Assembly: GCA_025355565.1 (NCBI GenBank)
Contig: JANXZK010000008.1
Span: 1-63,008, forward strand
Direction of reading: 5' to 3'
Length of the DNA: 63,008 nt
Source: a bacterium
GTDB taxonomy: Bacteria > Patescibacteriota > Minisyncoccia > Phycocordibacterales > PALSA-1337
Notes under the pieces: model-generated
Database searches by the model: none
Told to the model about the DNA's origin: nothing
What the model saw: only the letters and a program-made list of their open reading frames with translations
Program-made: the position numbers and the translations under genes
In this document: in pieces, positions 16,485 to 28,121 of the stretch
Layout of the letters: every line of letters begins with the position of its first letter
Numbering within the stretch: the stretch's first letter is position 1

Positions 16485-17493
16485 GGAAGCATCAATAGCC
16501 GATCTCCTTTTAACGACTGACAATAATTACTGCCTATTGGAGAAGAAATATTTTTCTAGATACAACAAACAATTACTCTCAAAACAAGTACTGCCAAATA
16601 AGTACCGATTTTCTACAAAAATATCTATCATAATTCCATCATACAATTCTTCAGATACAGTAGTCGGCACATTGCTGACGATCGACAATCAAATACTATC
16701 TGATACAGAAAGAGATTTGCTGGAGGTAATTGTAGTTGATGATGGTTCGACTGATGATACAGATCAAAAGATTATTCAGCAAAAATATAAATTTGAACTC
16801 AAATACATAAAACAACCAAACGCTGGAAGATCCGCTGCTAGAAACTCTGGTGTTCAGATTTCCACAGGAGATATACTTATCTTTCTCGACTCTGATGTCC
16901 TTCTCGAAAAACATTTTGTAAGGGAAAGTGTATTAAGATGTGAAGCACTTCATGACAGTGTTTTTCTCTCTTTCAAAGAGAATGTCTACATAGATAGTAG
17001 TAAGATTTTCAATTTCATTGAGCACGCAGATAGACCAAATATCGAAAAGGATTTCAGATTTTCAAAAGCAATCACACCGCAATGGAAAAGAATTCATCGA
17101 CTAAACACACCAATTGAGACAAGGACTGTCAGGTTGATGAAAGAGTCGAATAATCTAAAAGATTTCGGCAACGGGAACGTATTAGGTGTCTGGGACCTAC
17201 CATCTATTGCTCTCACATGTTCAATCACTATGAAAAAGAAAACATTTCTAAATACTGGTGGTTTTAATCTAGCATTTGAAGGATGGGGCATGGAAGACAC
17301 TTTCCTAGGTGCATGTCTTATTGCGAATGGAAATTATATCATACCCGTCTATTCAACGGGAGTATTTCATATTAAACATGATTATCGATCAGGAAATGAA
17401 GTAAATCAGATAAATGAATTCAATAAAAATGTGAATATTTACAACAAACTCATCAAGAAAACGCTAAAAGAAATTAGCTCAGACCTACATTAA
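16453..17493 (+). CDS. family 2 glycosyltransferase
   Basis: IIIPSYNS, VIVVDDGSTDDT, ILIFLDSD (DxD). The ATG at 16453 is preferred, to limit overlap with the upstream gene. Confidence 0.85.
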   Translation: MNMSLTNTVYKEASIADLLLTTDNNYCLLEKKYFSRYNKQLLSKQVLPNKYRFSTKISIIIPSYNSSDTVVGTLLTIDNQILSDTERDLLEVIVVDDGSTDDTDQKIIQQKYKFELKYIKQPNAGRSAARNSGVQISTGDILIFLDSDVLLEKHFVRESVLRCEALHDSVFLSFKENVYIDSSKIFNFIEHADRPNIEKDFRFSKAITPQWKRIHRLNTPIETRTVRLMKESNNLKDFGNGNVLGVWDLPSIALTCSITMKKKTFLNTGGFNLAFEGWGMEDTFLGACLIANGNYIIPVYSTGVFHIKHDYRSGNEVNQINEFNKNVNIYNKLIKKTLKEISSDLH

Positions 17494-18316
17494 CGAGATT
17501 GTTTTGATTTTCGATCCAAATAGAAATCGCCTCTAATTCTAACTTTTTATCATGATTATGCTCTAGTTTTGAAATTTCTCGTCTATCAATATTCCAAGGC
17601 TTAAGATAACTTGCATAATGAATTATGCTTATTGGTCTAGGACCCTCACCTATCGTATATCCAAAGAGTTTATTATACTCATCAAGGTGGTAATGAAATA
17701 TGTTAAATTTATGATCCAGATGTAATTCCTTTTGATTGGGCCACTCCGAAAAATAGGCATTAATAAAATCCTGATCACTTCCGTACACAGGTCTTTCTGT
17801 ATTTCCTTCAACCCTGAGATTTTCTATCTTTCCAACCTTACTCATCATGTCCTTAAATAAAAAATGTGATGGCTCGATCACGATCAGACCTGAATTTAAG
17901 CCTAAGTGCCTTGGATTTGTTTTTCTAGGAAGCATGCCCCCCGCATTCGTAGCACTCATGTGTGCATGTCCAAACAATTCATCTACGTTACGCAGTATTA
18001 GCATATCAGCATCTAAATACACGACTTTCTTATATTGCGTCTGATCAAACACTGCCAATTTTGAATAAGTCGGGAACCACCTATGATGTACATTTACATT
18101 GGTTGGATTGACGATTTCTCTTGATATTACGGAGTAAGAAATCAAATTACTATCCAACGCACGAATGGTTTGTTCGGAAATATTAGGAGTCAATAAAACA
18201 TGAAGATCGTACCTGCTGTTAACCAAATTTAGGGAATGGTTCAAGACAAGAATGCCCGGCAGATAGTCATCCGTCGTCAATACTGATATATATACACTAT
18301 TTATTTTATTCATCAT
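17474..18316 (-). CDS. family 8 glycosyltransferase (glycogenin-like)
   Basis: 280 aa. YISVLTTDDYLPG and VVYLDADMLILRNVDELF (DxD). Confidence 0.85.
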   Translation of the reverse strand: MMNKINSVYISVLTTDDYLPGILVLNHSLNLVNSRYDLHVLLTPNISEQTIRALDSNLISYSVISREIVNPTNVNVHHRWFPTYSKLAVFDQTQYKKVVYLDADMLILRNVDELFGHAHMSATNAGGMLPRKTNPRHLGLNSGLIVIEPSHFLFKDMMSKVGKIENLRVEGNTERPVYGSDQDFINAYFSEWPNQKELHLDHKFNIFHYHLDEYNKLFGYTIGEGPRPISIIHYASYLKPWNIDRREISKLEHNHDKKLELEAISIWIENQNNLVNVGLS

Positions 18317-18604
18317 ATTGTGGTAATTACATATTTACTGTTTATTATATATCCATGATTCCACACCTATTTTCGCGGCATACCAAAATACACGTTGATA
18401 TGTTCCGCTCCATTGACGACGAAAGCTATCGACCTCATACGTCCATCATCGATGTCCCCTTTCACCTTATACTTCAATCTCCTGCGACCACTTATTACTG
18501 TATCATTCACAAATACGATTGGATATAGCCATCGGGCATCTTCAAATACTTCTCACCGATGACCTCGTCCAATTCAGCTTCCTTCATTTTCGACTTGTGC
18601 CTAT

Positions 18605-18625
18605 GCGCGTTCGACGGGGCTCGAA
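18605..18625. repeat. duplicated tRNA-Asp 3' segment (att-like)
   Basis: GCGCGTTCGACGGGGCTCGAA matches 18786-18806 (3' acceptor strand plus T-arm of tRNA-Asp) at 20 of 21 positions, in direct orientation. Confidence 0.8.
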
Positions 18626-18786
18626 GCGTACCGCTTCAGTAGAGGTTTCCCATTTTCTTAAATCCCGCTTCGCTCGATTCTCGAAAATATGGGAAAACCT
18701 TTTCGAGTCCCTCTCGGAGCTACGCTCCTCGCGTCCGCTACAAATAAGAAAATAGCCTGGCGTAAAGCCAGACTATTTTCTGATTG

Positions 18787-18860
18787 CGCGGTCGACGGGG
18801 CTCGAACCCGCAACCTCTCCCGTGACAGGGGAGTGCTCTAGCCAGTTGAGCTACGACCGC
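18787..18860 (-). tRNA. tRNA-Asp (anticodon GUC)
   Basis: 74-nt cloverleaf: acceptor GCGGUCG/CGACCGC, anticodon loop CUGUCAC, T-loop UUCGAGC. Confidence 0.9.
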
Positions 18861-19035
18861 ATTTTCAAGTACTTTTCAAAGATCTCCTTCTTTCTTCGTA
18901 GATATAGATCTTTGTCTCATACCAGATGTGGATGATTATACATGAAATCATATAATTTCATAGAGCAAGAAAATGGCCATGAGTTCACTGCTGTGTTGCA
19001 TGAATCGATACCAGATAACATATAGGAAGAGCCAC

Positions 19036-19062
19036 AAAAAGGAGCCCGAGGATCGAGCTCCC
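19036..19062 (-). terminator. Rho-independent terminator
   Basis: On the minus strand, GGAGCUCG-AUCCU-CGGGCUCC followed by UUUUUG, 25 nt after the stop of the 19087..19584 ORF. Confidence 0.55.
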
Positions 19063-19086
19063 TCAACATCACCCACGCAATGACAT

Positions 19087-19584
19087 TCACCGTATATTCC
19101 ACCTAAATACGAACCCGATGTCCGTGACATCTGGGTACGGTCCCGTCGAAGACATCGGGTATTTTGACACATAGAAAGGCCCAAAATATAGACCCTCTTT
19201 AACCCGGAGAATCGGGCCGGACGCCGTGTCGATTCCAAAGTTTACACCGCCGAAAGTCAGGCTGGAATCAAAATCGACGGTATTCATGACGGAATCCATC
19301 CACTGAACTCCGAAGAAACGCCCATCTGCCTGTTGCTGGATCATCTCACCCATGAAGTGTTCATTGAAATAGCTCTCTGCGGTTTTAGTCACGTTCGTAT
19401 CCGTCACACCTGACACACTCTCCATGCTCGATACGACCGAATACGTCGCCGATGCGACGATACTATTTGTGGCAGAAACCTTCCCCACAATGTTGTTCGT
19501 GCCGACCACAGCACTCGTTTGCGGCGCAGATAACACGGCAAACGTGATACCGATCGCGACTAAGTTCCTATATGTAGCTTTCAT
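19087..19584 (-). CDS. hypothetical secreted protein
   Basis: Signal-peptide-like N-terminus from the internal ATG (MKATYRNLVAIGITFAVLSAPQTSA). No recognisable domain. Confidence 0.6.
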   Translation of the reverse strand: MKATYRNLVAIGITFAVLSAPQTSAVVGTNNIVGKVSATNSIVASATYSVVSSMESVSGVTDTNVTKTAESYFNEHFMGEMIQQQADGRFFGVQWMDSVMNTVDFDSSLTFGGVNFGIDTASGPILRVKEGLYFGPFYVSKYPMSSTGPYPDVTDIGFVFRWNIR

Positions 19585-19681
19585 TCTTATACTCCAGGAA
19601 TAAGCATAGCACCGTGCCAGAAAAGCGCATCCACAGGATATACACATATGAAACTAGCTATTTACTCTGGAACCTTCTCTG

Positions 19682-19755
19682 TGTCGGCGGAAGGACTTGC
19701 ACCTTCGACCTTAGCTTTATGAATGCTATGCTCTAACTACCTGAGCTACGCCGAC
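19682..19755 (-). tRNA. tRNA with CAU anticodon (elongator Met or Ile2)
   Basis: 74-nt cloverleaf: acceptor GUCGGCG/CGCCGAC, anticodon loop UUCAUAA, T-stem GAAGG/CCUUC, unusual T-loop UGCAAGU. Confidence 0.85.
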
Positions 19756-19941
19756 ATGTATCGAAATGTACACTGTACGATGTATGAGGGCTACCACCCT
19801 ACATTCACATCGACAGAGATACAATACCGAAAAATGACAGAATAATCAATGCGGGTTACGCTCGAGCTGGATTTGCATTCACTTCCCTTTTGTGGCACAA
19901 TGGCTAGGTTAAAGCGTTATTAAGATAGTTTAGAAATATAT

Positions 19942-20013
19942 CGCGGGGTAGGGTAACAGTAACCCGTCAGGCTCATAACCTGAAAATTGTCGGTGCGATT
20001 CCGGCCCCCGCAA
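19942..20013 (+). tRNA. initiator tRNA-fMet (CAU)
   Basis: The CGCGGGG...CCCCGCA acceptor with a C1-A72 mismatch matches E. coli tRNA-fMet. Anticodon loop CUCAUAA. Short D-arm (GGGU-AACAGUA-ACCC) and T-loop UGCGAUU. Confidence 0.85.
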
Positions 20014-20020
20014 CAAGTAT

Positions 20021-20581
20021 CTATATATAGAAAAACTCCTCGAATACCTTCCTATAACTCTGAATGGTCTTCTTGGCATCGTGTTCGGAAAGAATGAAAC
20101 TTGATCCGTCGTGAGCGATCCTATTTCTCACCTTATGCGCTTCCCAAGCATCATCGAGAGAAGCGAAATCACCAGTGGCAACGCGTTTCAATTTTTCACC
20201 AACAGATTCGCCACGATAGCCCATCCGAGTCAAGATATCATCGAGCATCACGTCAGCTTCGATGATCGCCTGTTTCCAGTCATTTTGATTCGCGGAATTG
20301 ACGTGCTTCTGTACACTCTCCCAACGATTGGTCAAAACCTTGTCCCCCGCCTTGACAGCTTCGTATGCCGGCTCAGTCTTCGTATCATAGATCAGGGATT
20401 CCTTGATACGGATCCTCTTCAATCCTTCGACACAATAGATGATGCCGATAAAGAAAATGAGCGCCAATGGGATCGATACAGCGATGACGATGCCGACCGC
20501 CTGCCTCACGAATTCGAGGAGTGGAGGATACCAACCGAAGATAGTCGTCAGTGCTTTTTCAAGTGCTGGAAGTAGATCCAT
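20021..20581 (-). CDS. hypothetical membrane protein
   Basis: 186 aa. One strong TM segment, then a soluble helical C-terminal domain. No motif recognised. Confidence 0.7.
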   Translation of the reverse strand: MDLLPALEKALTTIFGWYPPLLEFVRQAVGIVIAVSIPLALIFFIGIIYCVEGLKRIRIKESLIYDTKTEPAYEAVKAGDKVLTNRWESVQKHVNSANQNDWKQAIIEADVMLDDILTRMGYRGESVGEKLKRVATGDFASLDDAWEAHKVRNRIAHDGSSFILSEHDAKKTIQSYRKVFEEFFYI

Positions 20582-20635
20582 GATGCAATTATAACGCCAA
20601 GTGAAAACTTATGAAAGCGGCGGAATGATCGTAAC

Positions 20636-22102
20636 TCACACCTCTTCCCCGAACGAGCATCTCACCTCTTCCCCAACACTGAATAGAGACTCTTCATCAC
20701 CATGGCGAGCAGTGATCTGTAACCCTATCGGCAATTCGACACCATCTCTCATCGTCGAGCCACAAGGCACGGATATCGCAGGCAGACCAGTCAGATTGGC
20801 GGTAACGGTAAAGATATCCTCGAGATACATCGCCATCGGATCGGCTGTCTTTTCTCCGATCCTAAATGCGGGAGACGGAGCCGTTGGCGTCATGATAACA
20901 TCCACGGACTTGAATGCTCCTAGGAAATCGTCAGTGATCATCTTGCGGACCGCATTTGCTCTATTGTAATACGCATCATAATACCCTGAAGACAACACAT
21001 ATGTACCGAGGAGGATACGGCGGATCACCTCAGACCCAAACCCCGCGCGGCGTGATTCGAAGTAATCTCGGATACCATTCTCGCCTTCTTTGCGCAGTCC
21101 AAATCTCATACCATCGAAGCGGGCCATGTTCGCGGAAACTTCGGCAGGCATGATGATATAGTATACGAGCAATGAGTATGAAATGTTCGGTAATTTGATC
21201 TCCTTTATTTCGTAACCCTTTTTCTCGAATGACACGATCGACTCATCGAATGCTTCCATCACTGCCTTATCTATACCGTCACCGCTCAAAAAGTGCCTCG
21301 GCACTCCGATCACGGCTTTCTTGCCCCCTCCTCTTCCATTTTCCGATCTTCCTTTTCCATCATTATAAGTCTCATCCCCTATAGTCGTGCCGTCTTTCGC
21401 ATCTTTGCCTTTTATAACATCGAGTAATATTTTCGCGTCACCGACAGTCTTTGCAAATGGTCCGATCTGATCGAGCGACGAACCCATGGCCATAACACCA
21501 TATCTAGATACTCGGCCATAAGTCGGTTTCAATCCGACGACACCACAAAAACTCGCCGGCTGACGGATGGAACCACCAGTATCTGACCCGAGAGCTGCGA
21601 GCGCCATGTTGGCGGCGACTGCCGCGGCAGATCCGCCAGATGAACCACCCGCGACGCGCGTCGGATCAAGTGGATTTTTCGTCACTCCGTAAGCAGAATT
21701 TTCCGTCGATCCTCCCATGGCGAACTCGTCCATATTCGTCCTTCCCAAAAAAACAGCACCCTGTTGTGCCAATTTGGCGATGACAGTCGCATCATATGTG
21801 GCATGATGATCCTCCAGCATCTTTGAAGCGGCGCTTGCGATCTTGCCTTTTATCAAAATATTATCTTTGATCGCGATCGGTATGCCCGTAAGGAGACCAG
21901 CTCTGCCTTCCTCGATCATCTGATCAGCGCGCTTGGCCGCATCGAGTGCATCACCGAATACTTCGAGATAGGCGTGGATCTCACCATCCTTTTTCTTTAT
22001 CTCGTCTAGATAAGCTCGAGTCAACTCAACAGCCGTAAAATCGCCTTTCATGAGATGGTCATGTGCTTTCTTTATCGTAAGTTCTCCGAGTTTGATTGGC
22101 AT
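20636..22102 (-). CDS. gatA: Asp/Glu-tRNA amidotransferase subunit A
   Basis: 488 aa. Amidase signature GGSSGGSAAAVA. Directly downstream of gatC. Confidence 0.95.
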   Translation of the reverse strand: MPIKLGELTIKKAHDHLMKGDFTAVELTRAYLDEIKKKDGEIHAYLEVFGDALDAAKRADQMIEEGRAGLLTGIPIAIKDNILIKGKIASAASKMLEDHHATYDATVIAKLAQQGAVFLGRTNMDEFAMGGSTENSAYGVTKNPLDPTRVAGGSSGGSAAAVAANMALAALGSDTGGSIRQPASFCGVVGLKPTYGRVSRYGVMAMGSSLDQIGPFAKTVGDAKILLDVIKGKDAKDGTTIGDETYNDGKGRSENGRGGGKKAVIGVPRHFLSGDGIDKAVMEAFDESIVSFEKKGYEIKEIKLPNISYSLLVYYIIMPAEVSANMARFDGMRFGLRKEGENGIRDYFESRRAGFGSEVIRRILLGTYVLSSGYYDAYYNRANAVRKMITDDFLGAFKSVDVIMTPTAPSPAFRIGEKTADPMAMYLEDIFTVTANLTGLPAISVPCGSTMRDGVELPIGLQITARHGDEESLFSVGEEVRCSFGEEV

Positions 22103-22115
22103 AAAATTTATTTCC

Positions 22116-22143
22116 CGTTTACCGTTTACTGTTTACTGTTTAC
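22116..22143. repeat. heptamer tandem repeat x4 in the gatC-gatA spacer
   Basis: CGTTTAC CGTTTAC TGTTTAC TGTTTAC on the plus strand. Confidence 0.9.
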
Positions 22144-22148
22144 TACTT

Positions 22149-22433
22149 TCATAATATTTTCTTAACCGCCACGAATTCCCCTATTCTCTGTGGGGCTTCG
22201 TCTAACAACCTCTCCCGATCTTCCGGCGAGGTGACGATGACTCCATCCGCTCGAACGACATTTTTGACCGCGCCAACGCGCCCTTCCGCATCGAGAGAAA
22301 CCTCGACCTTTTTTAGCTGATCGATATACCCCAGAATCGAATCGAACTCCTTTGTGAGCGATCTTTTGTCATCGTCCGTGAGTTTGATGCGTGCCAGTTC
22401 GGCCAGTTTTTCCAATTCTGTGACGGTTATCAT
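22149..22433 (-). CDS. gatC: Asp/Glu-tRNA amidotransferase subunit C
   Basis: 94 aa with a typical GatC N-terminus (ELEKLAELARIKLTDDDK). Confidence 0.9.
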   Translation of the reverse strand: MITVTELEKLAELARIKLTDDDKRSLTKEFDSILGYIDQLKKVEVSLDAEGRVGAVKNVVRADGVIVTSPEDRERLLDEAPQRIGEFVAVKKIL

Positions 22434-22452
22434 GGTTGGGATTGTAGCATAA

Positions 22453-24729
<2,277 letters not shown>

Positions 24730-24737
24730 TCATATCG

Positions 24738-25307
24738 CTACATCCCGGTATATGTGAGACGGATCGCTCTCTCTACGACTTTCGGATTGGATGTGTCAGG
24801 AGTCCATATTCCTGCACTCAATTTGCAATAATTGTATCCACGGGATTCTATCTGCGTTACAGAATTTCCGGCCGTATCGATACCTTTGACGAATGTGATA
24901 TTGGCACATTCAGTGTCGACAAGTTTCACAGTGACGGATGTGACATGAGTACCACTTAGACCATTCACATTAGAAGTCGCAGCATCCCATGCAGGAATGT
25001 CTATCGAAGTTGAACCAGCACAGGTAATTGCTCCTGCAGGAGTAATATTAGGTAGTGTTCCTGTCGTTGTAGCCAAATCTCTAGCGATCTTCGCCGCACA
25101 TTCGATCCCGCTGTCAGCCGCGTAAAATGCATATGTCGACTCCCTGGCTGTCGAGGCCAAGAGATACTGCCCCCTGCTGATCGAAAGGATGAACACCGCG
25201 ACACCGAGAACCAGCGCCGCCGTTAGAACTGCGAAGAGCAACGTATAGCCTCGACTGTATCGGAAACTATCTAGCTCGAACTTTTTTATTTCTTGGACTG
25301 ATTCCAT
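24738..25307 (-). CDS. PilX-like minor pilin / pilus-associated protein
   Basis: 189 aa. N-terminal hydrophobic helix (RGYTLLFAVLTAALVLGVAVF). Last gene of a pseudopilin series. Confidence 0.6.
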   Translation of the reverse strand: MESVQEIKKFELDSFRYSRGYTLLFAVLTAALVLGVAVFILSISRGQYLLASTARESTYAFYAADSGIECAAKIARDLATTTGTLPNITPAGAITCAGSTSIDIPAWDAATSNVNGLSGTHVTSVTVKLVDTECANITFVKGIDTAGNSVTQIESRGYNYCKLSAGIWTPDTSNPKVVERAIRLTYTGM

Positions 25308-25313
25308 ATATGT

Positions 25314-25901
25314 TTAACGAGCAAAATTGACCAGTTGGCTATCCAGTTCTACTTCGTATGGTACGGTACCCTCATTCCAACTGACGATGACATGAACGGT
25401 GCACTCTGTTGAAGTGATCTCACAATTACCACTACCGGTCATAAGCGTCAGATAATAATACCTCTTGAAGATCGTTGGGGAACCAGTATTACTGGGAGCA
25501 TAACCTGTACTACCATTATATAAAATCGGAAAGCCACCGGATGGTCCGCTAGAATTGAACTGGTCATATTCGATAGAATTGGCGTCACATGTAGCAGTCG
25601 GACTGCTACAACCTGGACCATTTATCTCATCTATCCAAGTCGATCCAACGCCATCCAAATTGTTATCCCTCTTGTTCTTTATCACTTCCATACTCTCTTG
25701 TGCGAGAAATGAGGCGATGATCTGATCACGAGCATACAATGCCGAGCTCAGACCCTTACTCGCCACGACTAGCGGACCCGCGATGGCGATCATGAGGACA
25801 GTTATAGCCACGAGAGTTTCGACGATAGTAAAACCGCCTGAATTCTTATCGAGGAGACCCTTGGAGATGCTGGTTTTGGATTTTGTACTTGTATACTTCA
25901 T
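25314..25901 (-). CDS. type IV minor pilin (prepilin-type N-terminal domain)
   Basis: GGFTIVETLVAITVLMIAIAG cleavage/methylation motif. Confidence 0.75.
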   Translation of the reverse strand: MKYTSTKSKTSISKGLLDKNSGGFTIVETLVAITVLMIAIAGPLVVASKGLSSALYARDQIIASFLAQESMEVIKNKRDNNLDGVGSTWIDEINGPGCSSPTATCDANSIEYDQFNSSGPSGGFPILYNGSTGYAPSNTGSPTIFKRYYYLTLMTGSGNCEITSTECTVHVIVSWNEGTVPYEVELDSQLVNFAR

Positions 25902-25931
25902 ACCTGATTCTTAATACCTTATAACCTTTTA

Positions 25932-26645
25932 TTATGGTGTATCACTAGCGGTCCTCGCTGAGATCGCCGTCTGCACGTCGAAATATGTCCTTTCGGTCTC
26001 GCGCGCTCCTACATAACCTGATATTCGTATGGTGGCGAGAGGAAAAGAGGCACTTGTTACTTTGATAAAGTAGTCCGTGATGATCACATTCTTATCGATG
26101 ATAGAGGAAAAGTTGCCTGCACTGCCTGGGCTGCCTGTGTTATAAGTCAAAGTATCTGTACAACCATTACCTCCTGCTTGTGAAGCTTTCAAAATATCCC
26201 AGCGACTACCATCATAAACAAAATGATATGCATATATCAGATTACATGGTGTAGTTTGACTCGAATCGACTTTAGACGACCTGAAGGCGATCATCGGACC
26301 ATCAGTTCCACCTGAGGTTGAAGGTCGTAAACCCGTCGGACAACCGGTAGATGTAAAAGTTGATCCAACTGTTGTCTCACCCCCAACGCAATAAAAATTC
26401 GACCCCACTCTCATCTCACGAGACATCGACTCCAAGGCAAAGTTGATATTGGTCATCGCAGACATGAGAGACTGCGCTTTCTTGTTGGCACTGATGATCT
26501 TCATGAGTGCCCCGAGAGCGACGACGGCAACGACAGAGAATATTGCCAGAGCGACGATCATCTCGATCAACGTAAAACCTAGAGACCTGTCGTGTCCGAA
26601 CATCTTCCAATTCGACTTTTGCCTGTTAGATTTGTACATCATCAT
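25932..26645 (-). CDS. type IV minor pilin (prepilin-type N-terminal domain)
   Basis: LGFTLIEMIVALAIFSVV motif. 4-nt overlap with the upstream pilin gene. Confidence 0.75.
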   Translation of the reverse strand: MMMYKSNRQKSNWKMFGHDRSLGFTLIEMIVALAIFSVVAVVALGALMKIISANKKAQSLMSAMTNINFALESMSREMRVGSNFYCVGGETTVGSTFTSTGCPTGLRPSTSGGTDGPMIAFRSSKVDSSQTTPCNLIYAYHFVYDGSRWDILKASQAGGNGCTDTLTYNTGSPGSAGNFSSIIDKNVIITDYFIKVTSASFPLATIRISGYVGARETERTYFDVQTAISARTASDTP

Positions 26646-27274
26646 ATATCGACAGATATCTGTCCGTTACTTCGCACACTGATCGATCTCATCGTGTTGT
26701 CTGTGCCTTTGATGGTTATCTTGGCATAATCATCTGAGGATTGGGGGGCTCCGCTATCTACAAAGACGATATTCGCGCTCGGATCTGGACGCTTGAAAGT
26801 AATATACAACTGTTGTCCGGGTATGGCGTTACACGTATCATCCCCCCCACATACGCCCGAGATCGTCGCACCCCTCTTCAATGTATATGTACTTATCGAG
26901 ATACGATTGTTGGATCCAGCCACTTGTCCAGGATCTGCGATCGCGAATAGAGTAAAACGGTCATTATTACCTGCCGAACTATCAAAAGCCACCCCGTATG
27001 CGCATTGAAAATTCGGGTCGGCAGTGCTATTGCCGCAAGAGACCGGTGCCCCGCTCGCATCCTTCACGCCTTTCACGCTCAAACCGTAATTCTGCGCGGT
27101 TCGGATCGTGAGAGCGGTATCGTAGACGAGGTTTGTGAGCAGTACGCTTTGATTGAAATTGCCATATTTCACGACCATAAGCGCGGTCATGATGACGAAT
27201 ATGGTGATACAGACCAGCAGTTCGACGAGAGTAAAACCTCTATTGTGCCAACTTTGTTTTCTAGAACGGAGCAT
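26642..27274 (-). CDS. type IV minor pilin (prepilin-type N-terminal domain)
   Basis: RGFTLVELLVCITIFVIM motif. Confidence 0.8.
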   Translation of the reverse strand: MLRSRKQSWHNRGFTLVELLVCITIFVIMTALMVVKYGNFNQSVLLTNLVYDTALTIRTAQNYGLSVKGVKDASGAPVSCGNSTADPNFQCAYGVAFDSSAGNNDRFTLFAIADPGQVAGSNNRISISTYTLKRGATISGVCGGDDTCNAIPGQQLYITFKRPDPSANIVFVDSGAPQSSDDYAKITIKGTDNTMRSISVRSNGQISVDI

Positions 27275-27281
27275 GACCTTA

Positions 27282-28085
27282 TTATATCATGGATAGCAAC
27301 AGCTCTCTGATCATCGCCACGTCGATGACTTGCACATGGAATATGAGCACCAGATAAAACCCCAGGATGAGATATGGTCCAAATGGTATCTCTGTGCCTG
27401 TCTGCCATCTCTTGTATGTCGCGAAAAGCCAGATGACTGAGATGACCGCCGCGATCCAGAATGAGAGCACCAATGCATTCACCCCACCAGCAATACCCAG
27501 AAACCATCCGATACCGAGGACGAGCTTGGCATCACCGAGTCCCATCCATCTCCCCCTAGAAAGGACCCAAATGAGCGCGAATGGTAGTGCGAGCAGTGGT
27601 CCGGCGATAAATGCGGAGATACTCGGCACATGTAGCCACGACGAACCACCGACGCAGAGACCGACGAGAGAGACGAAGATGAATGTGTAGACGAACTGAT
27701 CAGGGATGATCTTGTGTTTGATATCATAAGCGGCGATGACGACCATGAGACAGCTCATGAACATGTATATGAGAGTCGTCACGCCGGAGAGCAGTGTGAG
27801 CGGTGGGAATGTTATAAACACCAGGACAAAAAGTATGCCTGCCATGAATTCGACCAGTGGATACTGCCAAGAGATCTTGCTCCGGCACTTCTTGCATGAA
27901 CCCTTCTGCGCCAAGAAGCTGAAAAGCGGGACCAATTCCTTCCACGTGAGCGTCATGCCACAAGACATGCATCTAGATCTGCCTCCTATGCCTGTGCCCG
28001 TGTTAAATCTGAGTGAGACTACGTTCAAGAAGCTCCCGATGATGGTGCCGAAGACGAATGAGAGAACGAGTGAGAGAGTGTCCAT
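27282..28085 (-). CDS. pilD: prepilin peptidase (A24 family)
   Basis: 267 aa, polytopic. N-terminal Cys cluster (CMSCG...CKKC) and GLGDAKL active-site region. Confidence 0.9.
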   Translation of the reverse strand: MDTLSLVLSFVFGTIIGSFLNVVSLRFNTGTGIGGRSRCMSCGMTLTWKELVPLFSFLAQKGSCKKCRSKISWQYPLVEFMAGILFVLVFITFPPLTLLSGVTTLIYMFMSCLMVVIAAYDIKHKIIPDQFVYTFIFVSLVGLCVGGSSWLHVPSISAFIAGPLLALPFALIWVLSRGRWMGLGDAKLVLGIGWFLGIAGGVNALVLSFWIAAVISVIWLFATYKRWQTGTEIPFGPYLILGFYLVLIFHVQVIDVAMIRELLLSMI

Positions 28086-28121
28086 GAAGGATGATCAAAA
28101 TGTAATAATCAAGACGAACTA

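Noticed and set aside
18370-18600. Minus-strand fragments (MKEAELDEVIGEKYLKMPDGYIQSYL* and ...KYKVKGDIDDGRMRSIAFVVNGAEHINVYFGMPRK*) upstream of the GT8 gene
   Set aside because: They are broken by stops and a frame change and are too short to assign. They are probably a decayed gene and are not reported as a feature.
18519-19238. Track ORFs 18519..18755(+), 18917..19102(-) and 18948..19238(-)
   Set aside because: The first runs across the tRNA-Asp duplicate and GC-rich repeat. The others overlap the terminator and the 3' end of the secreted-protein gene. Their composition is non-protein-like.
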